Shown in pieces: positions 1-7,773 of a stretch of 36,241 nucleotides of DNA. The stretch lies in the sequence record SRR22947727_934; one strand, given 5' to 3'. Made by a program: the position numbers and the translations under genes. Position 1 is the first letter of the stretch. Every line of letters begins with the position of its first letter. The notes beneath the pieces were generated by a model that saw only the letters and a program-made list of their open reading frames with translations, searched no databases and was not told the DNA's origin.

Positions 1-47
1 CCTAAACACAAGGCTCCAATTAATCCGTATTTTAAAAATTTATTCAT
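1..47 (-). CDS. 5' end of a probable periplasmic adaptor (MacA/HlyD-like membrane fusion protein), truncated by the window edge
   Basis: ATG at 47 reads MNKFLKYGLIGALCL..., a basic N-terminus followed by a hydrophobic anchor. It lies directly downstream of two MacB-type permeases and an ATPase. The product is inferred from context only. Confidence 0.5.
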   Translation of the reverse strand, partial: MNKFLKYGLIGALCL

Positions 48-83
48 CTTGTTGTATTTAATTTTTATCTGATTTATGTTTAT

Positions 84-1346
84 TTATTCTTCTCTTAGTG
101 CATCAATAGGCTTAATACTTACTGCTCTTTGAGCAGGTATAAGGCCTATGAGGGTCCCTAGCACAATCATGAGTCCCATGGCCCCTAATACATAGGGTAT
201 TGGCACTGTTGGATTGGCATAAGGAAAGTCTCCATCTTTGGTTAAAATGTTAACTATGTTTAAAACAAAAGCACCCAATATAATTCCGAGAACACCCGCT
301 ATGGTCGTAAGAAAAACCGATTCTAAAATAATCTGAGACTTTACCTCTTTAGGTGTTGCTCCTAAAGCCCTTCTAACACCCAATTCCTTGGTACGCTCTT
401 TTACAGCAATTAATAATATATTTCCAATACCAATGACTCCAGCAAGAATAGTAGCAATACCTACTACTAAGGACAAAAAGGTCATTCCCTTAGCAAATCC
501 CATTATTTTGTTGAACACCTCTCCTAAATTAAACGCTCCAAAAGCCCTTTCGTCTTTAGGGTTTACCTTGTGGATGTTTTTTAAAGTAGACTTTACATCT
601 TTTTCTACCTGCACTACGTCTGCGTCATCATATGCCGCTATAGTAAGCCAACCCACATTGTCTGCTGTATTGTATAATTTTTTGAAAGTAGAAAAGGGAA
701 TAAAAACATCCGAGTCACTCTCAAAACCTCCTCCAGGAGTATATTTATGAACACCCACAACTTGAAAGTAAATATTATCTAAACGAATATAAGCCCCTAT
801 GGGGTTCTCCCCTTCCTCGAACAATTCTTTTTCGGTGCGTTCTCCAATAACACATACCTTTCTATTTTGAGCAATATCTTCATCGTTAATAAAACGCCCG
901 CCGTCATAGATCTTTTTAGTCGCAATTTTAGTGTATATAGGAAAATCCCCATAAATGGCATAATCACCGGATTTTAATCCCCTAACCACCTTAGCTGGTG
1001 CGTCTCCAAAGACCCCCTTGGCATTTCTGGGTGCAATGTATTGGATCTCAGGAATTCTATTTTCTAGAACTGTTACATCTTGAATTTTCAACTGTAAACG
1101 CCTTCCCGTTTTGTAGCCTGCATATGGCATTGAAGTACTCTGGGCCCAAGTAAACATTGAATTCATTGCTACAGTTTCAAAAGCGCGTTCAAAACCGTTG
1201 TCTAATCCTTTAGCAGCACCTGCCATGGCGATGTAAACAAAAATTCCCCAAAGTACGCCAATCACTGTAATGATTGTTCTTGTTTTGTTCTTTTTAATAG
1301 AACCAAAAATCTCTTGCCAAGTATTTAAATCAAATATAAATCTCAT
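84..1346 (-). CDS. ABC transporter permease, MacB/FtsX family
   Basis: 420 aa with an N-terminal TM (RTIITVIGVLWGI), a large periplasmic domain (GRFIN...VCVIG), three C-terminal TMs, the VKERTKELGVRRALGA motif and a PIDALREE end. Confidence 0.92.
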   Translation of the reverse strand: MRFIFDLNTWQEIFGSIKKNKTRTIITVIGVLWGIFVYIAMAGAAKGLDNGFERAFETVAMNSMFTWAQSTSMPYAGYKTGRRLQLKIQDVTVLENRIPEIQYIAPRNAKGVFGDAPAKVVRGLKSGDYAIYGDFPIYTKIATKKIYDGGRFINDEDIAQNRKVCVIGERTEKELFEEGENPIGAYIRLDNIYFQVVGVHKYTPGGGFESDSDVFIPFSTFKKLYNTADNVGWLTIAAYDDADVVQVEKDVKSTLKNIHKVNPKDERAFGAFNLGEVFNKIMGFAKGMTFLSLVVGIATILAGVIGIGNILLIAVKERTKELGVRRALGATPKEVKSQIILESVFLTTIAGVLGIILGAFVLNIVNILTKDGDFPYANPTVPIPYVLGAMGLMIVLGTLIGLIPAQRAVSIKPIDALREE

Positions 1347-1347
1347 A

Positions 1348-2577
1348 TTACTCGTCTCTTAAAGCTACAATTGGTTTAATATCTGCAGCGCGTTTGGCAG
1401 GAATATAACCCGCAATCCCACCAAAAATGATTAACATAATGGTAGAAGCAATGGCAATTCCCATATCTATATATGGATCGGTAATAAAATAATCTTTAAG
1501 GGTGTCTCCCAATCCTGTGAGAATACCTACCCCTATCATCATTCCAATAAAACCTGAAATAGTGGTAATAAATATAGACTCCAATAAAATCGTTCCTATC
1601 ACTGATCTTGGCGTAGCACCCAATGCTTTTCTAATCCCTATTTCCTTGGTGCGTTCTTTCACAACAAATACCATAATATTGCTAATCCCAATAATACCAG
1701 CGATCAGCGTTCCTATACAGAAGAATGAAATAATAATTTGAAGCACTCCTGCAAATTGTTGGTTTTGTTTCAATTGGTCTGTAACATTTCTAATGTACAT
1801 TCCATTCGGATCTTTAGGACTGATATACTTTTTCTCCCTAAAATATGTATTCAAACTTTTTTCCAAAGCCATAGCACCCGCATAGCCTATCTCTGGCTTA
1901 AAACCAATGATTATTTGGTCTACCTTATCCGTGGCTTTGTCTTGTCTTTGTCTTGAGGTATAAGACATATAAATAATACGTTCTTCTCTGTCCCCTCCGT
2001 CATCCTGAAAAACGCCCACTATCCTAAAGGAACTACCCCCAAGGTCTATAAATTCTCCAAGGGCTTTATTTCCTTTAAATAGATCTTTCTTCACCAGTCT
2101 ACCTATGACAATATTTTTAGTGTTATTGTCAATATCTGATTGATTAATAAAACGACCTTCCATTAGAATAAGTTTCTCCGCTTCTTGAATAGATGGGGCA
2201 GCTGCTCTAATAGAATAATTATCCGATTCCTGTCCGTATTTAGCCAATGCTCCCCTACTAATTTGAGGGGTTACATAATCTAAAAACATGGCAAAATTCT
2301 CTTTAATGTCTTTTAAGTCAGAATTGTCAAACTCAATACGCCTATTGGCCTTATATCCTAGATAAGGCTCTGTTGTCCTTCCTGGAGACAAGTAAAGCAC
2401 ATTGGTAGCGTCATTTCCAAAAAACTCATTAAAAGTATTTTTTAAACCATTTCCAAAACCGTATAGCACCACGAATATTAAGATACCCAGTGCAACTGTA
2501 AATCCAGATAAGAACGTTCTTAATTTGTTCTTCTGAATGGTTTCAAAAATCTCTTTCCAATTGTCTCTATTAAACAT
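1348..2577 (-). CDS. ABC transporter permease, MacB/FtsX family (paralog of 84-1346)
   Basis: 409 aa with NKLRTFLSG, GRFINQ, VKERTKEIGIRKALGA and a KPIVALRDE end. Confidence 0.92.
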   Translation of the reverse strand: MFNRDNWKEIFETIQKNKLRTFLSGFTVALGILIFVVLYGFGNGLKNTFNEFFGNDATNVLYLSPGRTTEPYLGYKANRRIEFDNSDLKDIKENFAMFLDYVTPQISRGALAKYGQESDNYSIRAAAPSIQEAEKLILMEGRFINQSDIDNNTKNIVIGRLVKKDLFKGNKALGEFIDLGGSSFRIVGVFQDDGGDREERIIYMSYTSRQRQDKATDKVDQIIIGFKPEIGYAGAMALEKSLNTYFREKKYISPKDPNGMYIRNVTDQLKQNQQFAGVLQIIISFFCIGTLIAGIIGISNIMVFVVKERTKEIGIRKALGATPRSVIGTILLESIFITTISGFIGMMIGVGILTGLGDTLKDYFITDPYIDMGIAIASTIMLIIFGGIAGYIPAKRAADIKPIVALRDE

Positions 2578-3277
2578 ACTGAGCGGCCCTTACTTGCTTA
2601 ACCTTTTTATCCTCAACAATAACACCATCTTTCAAATGCACAATACGCTTACACATATCTGCTATATCTGGTTCATGGGTCACCACTAAAATGGTGTTTC
2701 CTGCGTCATTAATTTTCTGAATAAGGTCCATTACTTCATAAGAAGTTTTTGAATCTAATGCCCCTGTAGGCTCATCTGCCAATAATACTTTTGGCTCTGC
2801 TGCCATAGCCCTTGCAATGGCCACACGCTGTTTCTGACCTCCAGAAAGTTCACTTGGTAAATGAGTAGCCCAATCTTTAAGCCCTACTTGCTCTAAATAT
2901 TTAATAGCCTTTTCTTGACGCTCTTTTCTTGGCATTCTCTGGTAGTAAAGCGGTAGCGCGACATTTTCTGCAGCAGTCTTATAATTGATTAGGTTAAATG
3001 ACTGAAAAACAAATCCTAAAAATTTGTTTCTGTATTGCGCAGCCTTTGTCTCATTTAAATTTTTAATAGGTGCACCATCCAACACATAACTCCCTTCATT
3101 GGCTTCATCCAACATTCCAAGAATGTTTAACAAAGTAGATTTTCCAGAACCTGAAGAACCCATAATAGCCACTAATTCCCCTGCTTCTACAGAAAAGTTA
3201 ATCCCTTTCAACACGTGAAGGCTATTGCTTCCCATTTGGTAAGACTTGTGAAGGTCTTTTATTTCAATCATTGCCAT
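2570..3277 (-). CDS. ABC transporter ATP-binding protein, LolD/MacB-ATPase type
   Basis: Walker A GSSGSGKS, Q-loop GFVFQSFNL, signature LSGGQ, Walker B LLADEPTGALD and H-loop VTH. Overlaps the next gene by 8 bp. Confidence 0.95.
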   Translation of the reverse strand: MAMIEIKDLHKSYQMGSNSLHVLKGINFSVEAGELVAIMGSSGSGKSTLLNILGMLDEANEGSYVLDGAPIKNLNETKAAQYRNKFLGFVFQSFNLINYKTAAENVALPLYYQRMPRKERQEKAIKYLEQVGLKDWATHLPSELSGGQKQRVAIARAMAAEPKVLLADEPTGALDSKTSYEVMDLIQKINDAGNTILVVTHEPDIADMCKRIVHLKDGVIVEDKKVKQVRAAQYV

Positions 3278-3334
3278 GCTTTATATCCGTTTTATTGGTT
3301 CAATCAAAGACATTCGTAAATTGCCTCAACTCTT

Positions 3335-3361
3335 AGACTATTAAGAGGAAGTTATGTTACA
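3335..3361 (-). promoter_or_regulatory. Putative ECF-sigma-type promoter for the ABC exporter cluster
   Basis: The minus strand reads TGTAAC-N17-GTCT (3361-3356 and 3338-3335), matching the general ECF pattern of AAC at -35 and GTC at -10. It lies ~60 bp upstream of the ATPase start. Confidence 0.45.
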
Positions 3362-3388
3362 CCCTAAAATCTAAATATTATGTTAAAA

Positions 3389-3646
3389 CTATTCTGAAGC
3401 AGATACTGCCGGAGTTCGCATTTTCCTGTAAATCGCTATCCCAATACCCGCAATCAGAACATAAGGAATAGCCATAAGGTACACAATCCCATCATTGATC
3501 CCTTCTGCCACGTCTGCATTTCCCTCGGACTCCAAAACAGCTCTACACATGGCGCATTGGGCCAATGCTTCGTGTGGAACGATCAAAAAAGCGCCAAGGA
3601 TGATAGCTAATATTAATGGGCGGACAGCAAAAGAATTTTTCATCAT
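3389..3646 (-). CDS. Small membrane protein with a signal peptide, QCAMC motif and C-terminal TM; function unknown
   Basis: 85 aa (the start may be the second Met at 3643). Signal-like N-terminus ending ALA|Q, then CAMC, then hydrophobic GIVYLMAIPYVLIAGIGIAIY followed by RK. It starts 7 bp after the DUF420 gene. Confidence 0.8.
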   Translation of the reverse strand: MMKNSFAVRPLILAIILGAFLIVPHEALAQCAMCRAVLESEGNADVAEGINDGIVYLMAIPYVLIAGIGIAIYRKMRTPAVSASE

Positions 3647-3653
3647 ATAAGTA

Positions 3654-4187
3654 TTATGAAACGTAATAAGGTGCTATCATTAGATACACAACCACTCCAG
3701 TAACGGCAACATACAACCAAATTGGAAAAGTAATCCTAGCAAGTTTTTTATGAGCCTCAAACTGCTTTAAATAAGCTTTTGCATACGTTTTTAACACCAA
3801 AGGAATAATGGCAATAGAAAGCACTATATGGGTGATGAGAATGAAAAAATAAAGCGTTCTCATAACACCTTCTCCACCATAAGGCGTAGAGTCAGAAGTC
3901 ATGTGATAGGCCACATACATAACCAAAAACAACAAAGAAAATACAATGGCCGTAGTCATTAAATACTGGTGTCTTTGCCTTTGACCATTTTTAATAGCCA
4001 GAACTGCTAAAACCAAAACAACAGCTGTAAGACCGTTAATAGTAGCATAGACTGGAGGCAATATAGATAGTGGGGCTACTCCAGGAATCTTTATACCAAA
4101 TAAAATAGCTACTACAACTGGTATGGCAATTGAAACAATACTAATCAGGGTATTAAAACGCTTTTCTTTATTAAGTTGATCTTCCAT
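3654..4187 (-). CDS. DUF420 family membrane protein (CtaM/YozB-like oxidase assembly factor)
   Basis: 177 aa with ~5 TMs and motifs HQYLM, FLVMYVAYH, ILITHIVLS, HKKLARITFPIWLYVAVTGVVVYLM. Adjacent to sco. Confidence 0.85.
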   Translation of the reverse strand: MEDQLNKEKRFNTLISIVSIAIPVVVAILFGIKIPGVAPLSILPPVYATINGLTAVVLVLAVLAIKNGQRQRHQYLMTTAIVFSLLFLVMYVAYHMTSDSTPYGGEGVMRTLYFFILITHIVLSIAIIPLVLKTYAKAYLKQFEAHKKLARITFPIWLYVAVTGVVVYLMIAPYYVS

Positions 4188-4188
4188 A

Positions 4189-4917
4189 TTATTCCTCTAA
4201 AAGTTTTTTAACATCTGTAATAAGGGCTTCTATTTGGTCTGTCTCTCCATGGTCATTTACGCCTATCTTATGGTCAATTGCACCTCTGTAATAAATAATT
4301 GGGTTTCCAAACTCATCTACCCTTGATCTTATAAATCCATTTTTGTCTACTAGAGCAAACATACCGGCATGCTCAAAACCTCCCGGTGCATTTGGCATTT
4401 GCTGTGCAAAGATATTAAAACCTTCATTGGCTAAATCGTAAATTTCCTCCAATGGACCGCTCATTAAATGCCAATCCATATTAACCACCCCATAACGTTC
4501 TGCGTATTCTTTTAACACGGATGGAGTATCGTTAAAAGGATCTATACTAAAAGAGGCTATCCCAAAATTTTCACGATCCAACAATTGGTCTTGAACATAA
4601 ATCAAGTTCTTATTCATGATAGGACAAATGGTAGGACAAGAGGCAAAGAAAAACTCTACTACAAAAACCTTGCCTTTATAATCTAAATCAGACACAAGTA
4701 TACTGTCCTGATTGTAAAAACTAAAAGGAGGCACTTTTCTTTTATCGCCATTAAGGGTAATATAAGCTAGATCTCCACTATTGTTAGCAATACTCAAACG
4801 TTCAGAAGTTACTACAGCACCAGAGGTAAATCGATCTACTATAGAGGGAATAACGAGTATCCCAAAAATCAACACTATAAATGAAACCCAAACATAGGTG
4901 TACTTTTTAGCTGCCAT
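4189..4917 (-). CDS. sco: SCO1/SenC family copper chaperone
   Basis: N-terminal TM anchor, FFFASCPTICP (CxxxC), SFSIDP..DTP, conserved His in FEHAG, and LVDKNGFIR. Confidence 0.92.
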   Translation of the reverse strand: MAAKKYTYVWVSFIVLIFGILVIPSIVDRFTSGAVVTSERLSIANNSGDLAYITLNGDKRKVPPFSFYNQDSILVSDLDYKGKVFVVEFFFASCPTICPIMNKNLIYVQDQLLDRENFGIASFSIDPFNDTPSVLKEYAERYGVVNMDWHLMSGPLEEIYDLANEGFNIFAQQMPNAPGGFEHAGMFALVDKNGFIRSRVDEFGNPIIYYRGAIDHKIGVNDHGETDQIEALITDVKKLLEE

Positions 4918-4922
4918 AATTA

Positions 4923-5570
4923 CTATAAGTCTTTATATTGGTTGTTCTTTTTAAGTGCCATTCTGTATTCAGCCAAAAGAATCTTAACGTCGTCTATCAT
5001 GGTATTGGTTAAAAGAGATACTTCTGTGGCATTGTACCCATAGAGCGCCGCATCTTTTCCAGTGGCTTTTCTACCCCTTAACTGCAAAGCCTTATCTATA
5101 ATGTACACTTGATCCGTACCCAAAGAAACATCTAGACGCTCAGGCACTTGCAAACTTTCAAACTGGGCCTGAATTTGCTCAGGTGTTAAGAAAACAAAGC
5201 GCCAGGCACCCACTTCACCAATAGCCGCAAGTTCTCGCATCACTTCTGCCAACTGCTCCTGTGTTCCATCTGGGAGCACCATAAGCATTTGAAAATCTGT
5301 AAATTCCGAAAAACGCTTGTAAATCTTTTGATTGAGGTTAAACATATTCACCTGCCTCTGGCTGAGATCAGACCCTAAATACCCTACAATTGAAATTTTA
5401 CTTGCTAAAAAAACGCCCGCTTTATTCTCAGGAAGCTCCTCAACTACCTCAGTCATAATAGGCAACCTACCAAAATTATTCACTCCAGAGGCAAAAAAAA
5501 GATACACCACTAAAGGAAGGACAAACAACACCCCTAAAACAAATGTCTTTTTAACTTGAGCGGTCTTCAT
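4923..5570 (-). CDS. Membrane-anchored, cysteine-free Sco-like protein
   Basis: 215 aa with an N-terminal TM. Several segments align by eye with the neighbouring Sco (see findings). It contains no Cys or His. Confidence 0.75.
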   Translation of the reverse strand: MKTAQVKKTFVLGVLFVLPLVVYLFFASGVNNFGRLPIMTEVVEELPENKAGVFLASKISIVGYLGSDLSQRQVNMFNLNQKIYKRFSEFTDFQMLMVLPDGTQEQLAEVMRELAAIGEVGAWRFVFLTPEQIQAQFESLQVPERLDVSLGTDQVYIIDKALQLRGRKATGKDAALYGYNATEVSLLTNTMIDDVKILLAEYRMALKKNNQYKDL

Positions 5571-5600
5571 GATAGCGTTTTTTTGATTTTAAATCTTTGT

Positions 5601-5636
5601 AAAAATAAAAAAAGGCGGATTAAAAAACCGCCTTTT
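5601..5636 (-). terminator. Rho-independent terminator after oxidase subunit IV
   Basis: Minus strand AAAAGGCGG-TTTTTTAAT-CCGCCTTTT followed by a T-rich tail. Confidence 0.75.
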
Positions 5637-5657
5637 ATAGATACTATTTGGCCTTTA

Positions 5658-6041
5658 TTAAAATTCCCATTTAACAAATCCAGCCTTATAAATGTCATAA
5701 ATATAATTCCCTTCTACTAAAAGAATGAAGGAAAGGTATCCAATAAGAAAAACACCCGTCCAAACTACGGCCCTTCTGAGACCAACTTTTTCATCCCTTA
5801 GGTGCATAAAATCCCAAGCAATATAGTAAGCTTTTACAAGGGTTAGAATAATGAAAATCCAGTTCAGCAATTTCATTGCTAAAAAACTATTTTGGGTTAA
5901 AACCTCTGGTTTTATAATACCTAAGGCAACTTCAATAGCCGTGATAATTGATAAAAACACCAATACACCCCAGATCTTTTGAGTATTTGATTTAAAGGTT
6001 ACAAGTCCTCTAAAAATTGATAATTTATGTTCGTGTCCCAT
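5658..6041 (-). CDS. Cytochrome c oxidase subunit IV family protein
   Basis: 127 aa with 3 TMs, LSIITAIEV and LTLVKAYYIAWDFMHL (K...FMHL motif of prokaryotic subunit IV). Confidence 0.85.
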   Translation of the reverse strand: MGHEHKLSIFRGLVTFKSNTQKIWGVLVFLSIITAIEVALGIIKPEVLTQNSFLAMKLLNWIFIILTLVKAYYIAWDFMHLRDEKVGLRRAVVWTGVFLIGYLSFILLVEGNYIYDIYKAGFVKWEF

Positions 6042-6061
6042 GATAGTGAATTATGCTTAAG

Positions 6062-7036
6062 TTAAACGAGGTAAAAGAAAGTAAATACAAATACCCATAC
6101 TAAATCTACAAAGTGCCAGTACAAACCAACCTTTTCAACCATTTCATAATGGCCTCTTTTCTCATAGGTTCCCAAAAGAACATTAAAGAAAATAATCAGG
6201 TTAATTAATACACCTGTAAATACGTGAAAACCGTGGAAGCCTGTAATAAAGAAAAAGAAATCTGCAAACAACCTGCTTCCATACTCATTCTGAATTAAAT
6301 TAGCGCCTTCAACTACTTGCGTTGCAGAGGACAATTTGCCTAAAGTTTCTGCTCTTGACAATAGTGTTTTCTCTCCTTCAGCAGTAATTTTCTCTGTCCT
6401 AATCAGTACATTTTCATGTGCCTCTACCCCAGCAACAACTTCTTCTAGACTAAAACTTGGAAGTGCTTTTTCTGAGCTAAACCAAATGCCATTTTTAGAT
6501 TCGTGCTGTGTTCTATGTGAAGGCAAAGTGGCTGCAAAATCTCTAATCGCCAAACGCTCTCCTGTATTGGCGTCTACAAACTGAAGGATTCTACCTCCTT
6601 TGGTCTCTAGTGCCCCAAAATCTCCTTTGATAAAAGTAGCCCATTCCCAAGCTTGAGAACCCACAAATATAATCCCTCCAATGACAGTCAGAAACATATA
6701 CCAGGTCACAGCAGTTTTTTTCATCTTATGCCCTGCATCTACGGCCAATACCATAGTCACAGAAGACATGATTAAAACAAAGGTCATAAAAGCCACATAA
6801 TACATAGGGTAGTTCCCATGAAAAAACGGCACGTGGGTAAACACCTCATCTGCAATAGGCCAAGATTCCATAAACTTAAACCTAGAAAACCCGTAAGCAA
6901 CTAAAAATCCAGAAAAAGTAAGGGCATCTGACAGGATAAAAAACCACATCATCATCTTACCATAACTGGCCTCTAATGGCTTATTTCCACCTCCCCAAAC
7001 GGGTGCACTCTGTGCGTTTGTAACCGTAGTATCCAT
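6062..7036 (-). CDS. ctaE: Cytochrome c oxidase subunit III paralog with a large soluble insertion
   Basis: GKMMMWFFILSD, LIMSSVT, QAWEW, TGFHGFHV and GLYWHFVDLVW. Confidence 0.88.
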   Translation of the reverse strand: MDTTVTNAQSAPVWGGGNKPLEASYGKMMMWFFILSDALTFSGFLVAYGFSRFKFMESWPIADEVFTHVPFFHGNYPMYYVAFMTFVLIMSSVTMVLAVDAGHKMKKTAVTWYMFLTVIGGIIFVGSQAWEWATFIKGDFGALETKGGRILQFVDANTGERLAIRDFAATLPSHRTQHESKNGIWFSSEKALPSFSLEEVVAGVEAHENVLIRTEKITAEGEKTLLSRAETLGKLSSATQVVEGANLIQNEYGSRLFADFFFFITGFHGFHVFTGVLINLIIFFNVLLGTYEKRGHYEMVEKVGLYWHFVDLVWVFVFTFFYLV

Positions 7037-7066
7037 AAAATAGTATTCGTATTAAATAAATTTTGT

Positions 7067-7097
7067 CAAATTTACATCATTATTGATCGAAAGACAA
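7067..7097 (-). promoter_or_regulatory. Bacteroidota sigma-A promoter (-33/-7) upstream of the long subunit III gene
   Basis: Minus strand TTG (7097-7095), N20, TAAATTTG (7074-7067), matching TTG-N19..21-TAnnTTTG. Confidence 0.65.
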
Positions 7098-7180
7098 TTA
7101 TTTGGTTTTAAAAAAAACCAGTTTTTTTAGAGGATTTTACTTGAGTAAAAATGTGCCTTTTAAGCCTAATTTACCACCCT

Positions 7181-7762
7181 TTAAGCAAAAAAGTAAAAAA
7201 ACACCACCAAATAGACCCACAAGAGATCTAAAAAGTGCCAAAAGGTCTCACCCAGGCTAATGCCTAAATAATTCTGAGGACTGTATTTGCCCCTGAATTG
7301 GTTTACAATAACCACCACTAAGCTAATCAAGCCTGCTACCAAGTGAAGAATGTGAACAAAGGCAATCAAAAAAATATAAGAAAGTGTCACATTACTCGTA
7401 GGTCCTGTAAAATAATACCCCATGGCAATCATATCTGAAAAACCTGAAAACTGTAGCCCAATAAACGCAATACCTAAACCAAGCGTAATGAGCAGCAAGG
7501 CAGAAGCATTCTTATCCCGCCCTAAAACCACAAATCTTTTGGCCAAACCATACGTAAAGCTGCTTATGATTAACAGTATGGTACTGTATAAAAATGGGGT
7601 AGGCAACACAAAGTCTTGCAGCCAATCTTCTCTTGAACTACTCACTATAAAAGCAGACGTCCAGCCAGCAAAACCCATCACGAAACTAATTATTCCAAAC
7701 CAGAGCATCATTTTTTTTGCCCTAGCACTTTTACTTTCTACTGTCCCTTTTGTAAGATCCAT
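7181..7762 (-). CDS. ctaE: Cytochrome c oxidase subunit III paralog (short, 5 TM)
   Basis: 193 aa with KMMLWFGIIS, LLIISSFT, FVHILHL and FWHFLDLLW. Confidence 0.85.
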   Translation of the reverse strand: MDLTKGTVESKSARAKKMMLWFGIISFVMGFAGWTSAFIVSSSREDWLQDFVLPTPFLYSTILLIISSFTYGLAKRFVVLGRDKNASALLLITLGLGIAFIGLQFSGFSDMIAMGYYFTGPTSNVTLSYIFLIAFVHILHLVAGLISLVVVIVNQFRGKYSPQNYLGISLGETFWHFLDLLWVYLVVFFYFFA

Positions 7763-7773
7763 CCTATATTATT

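Noticed and set aside
7083..7097. FNR/CRP-like half sites near oxidase genes (TTGAT at 7083 and 5583; ATCAA at 3303)
   Set aside because: None forms TTGAT-N4-ATCAA with correct spacing and a matching second half.
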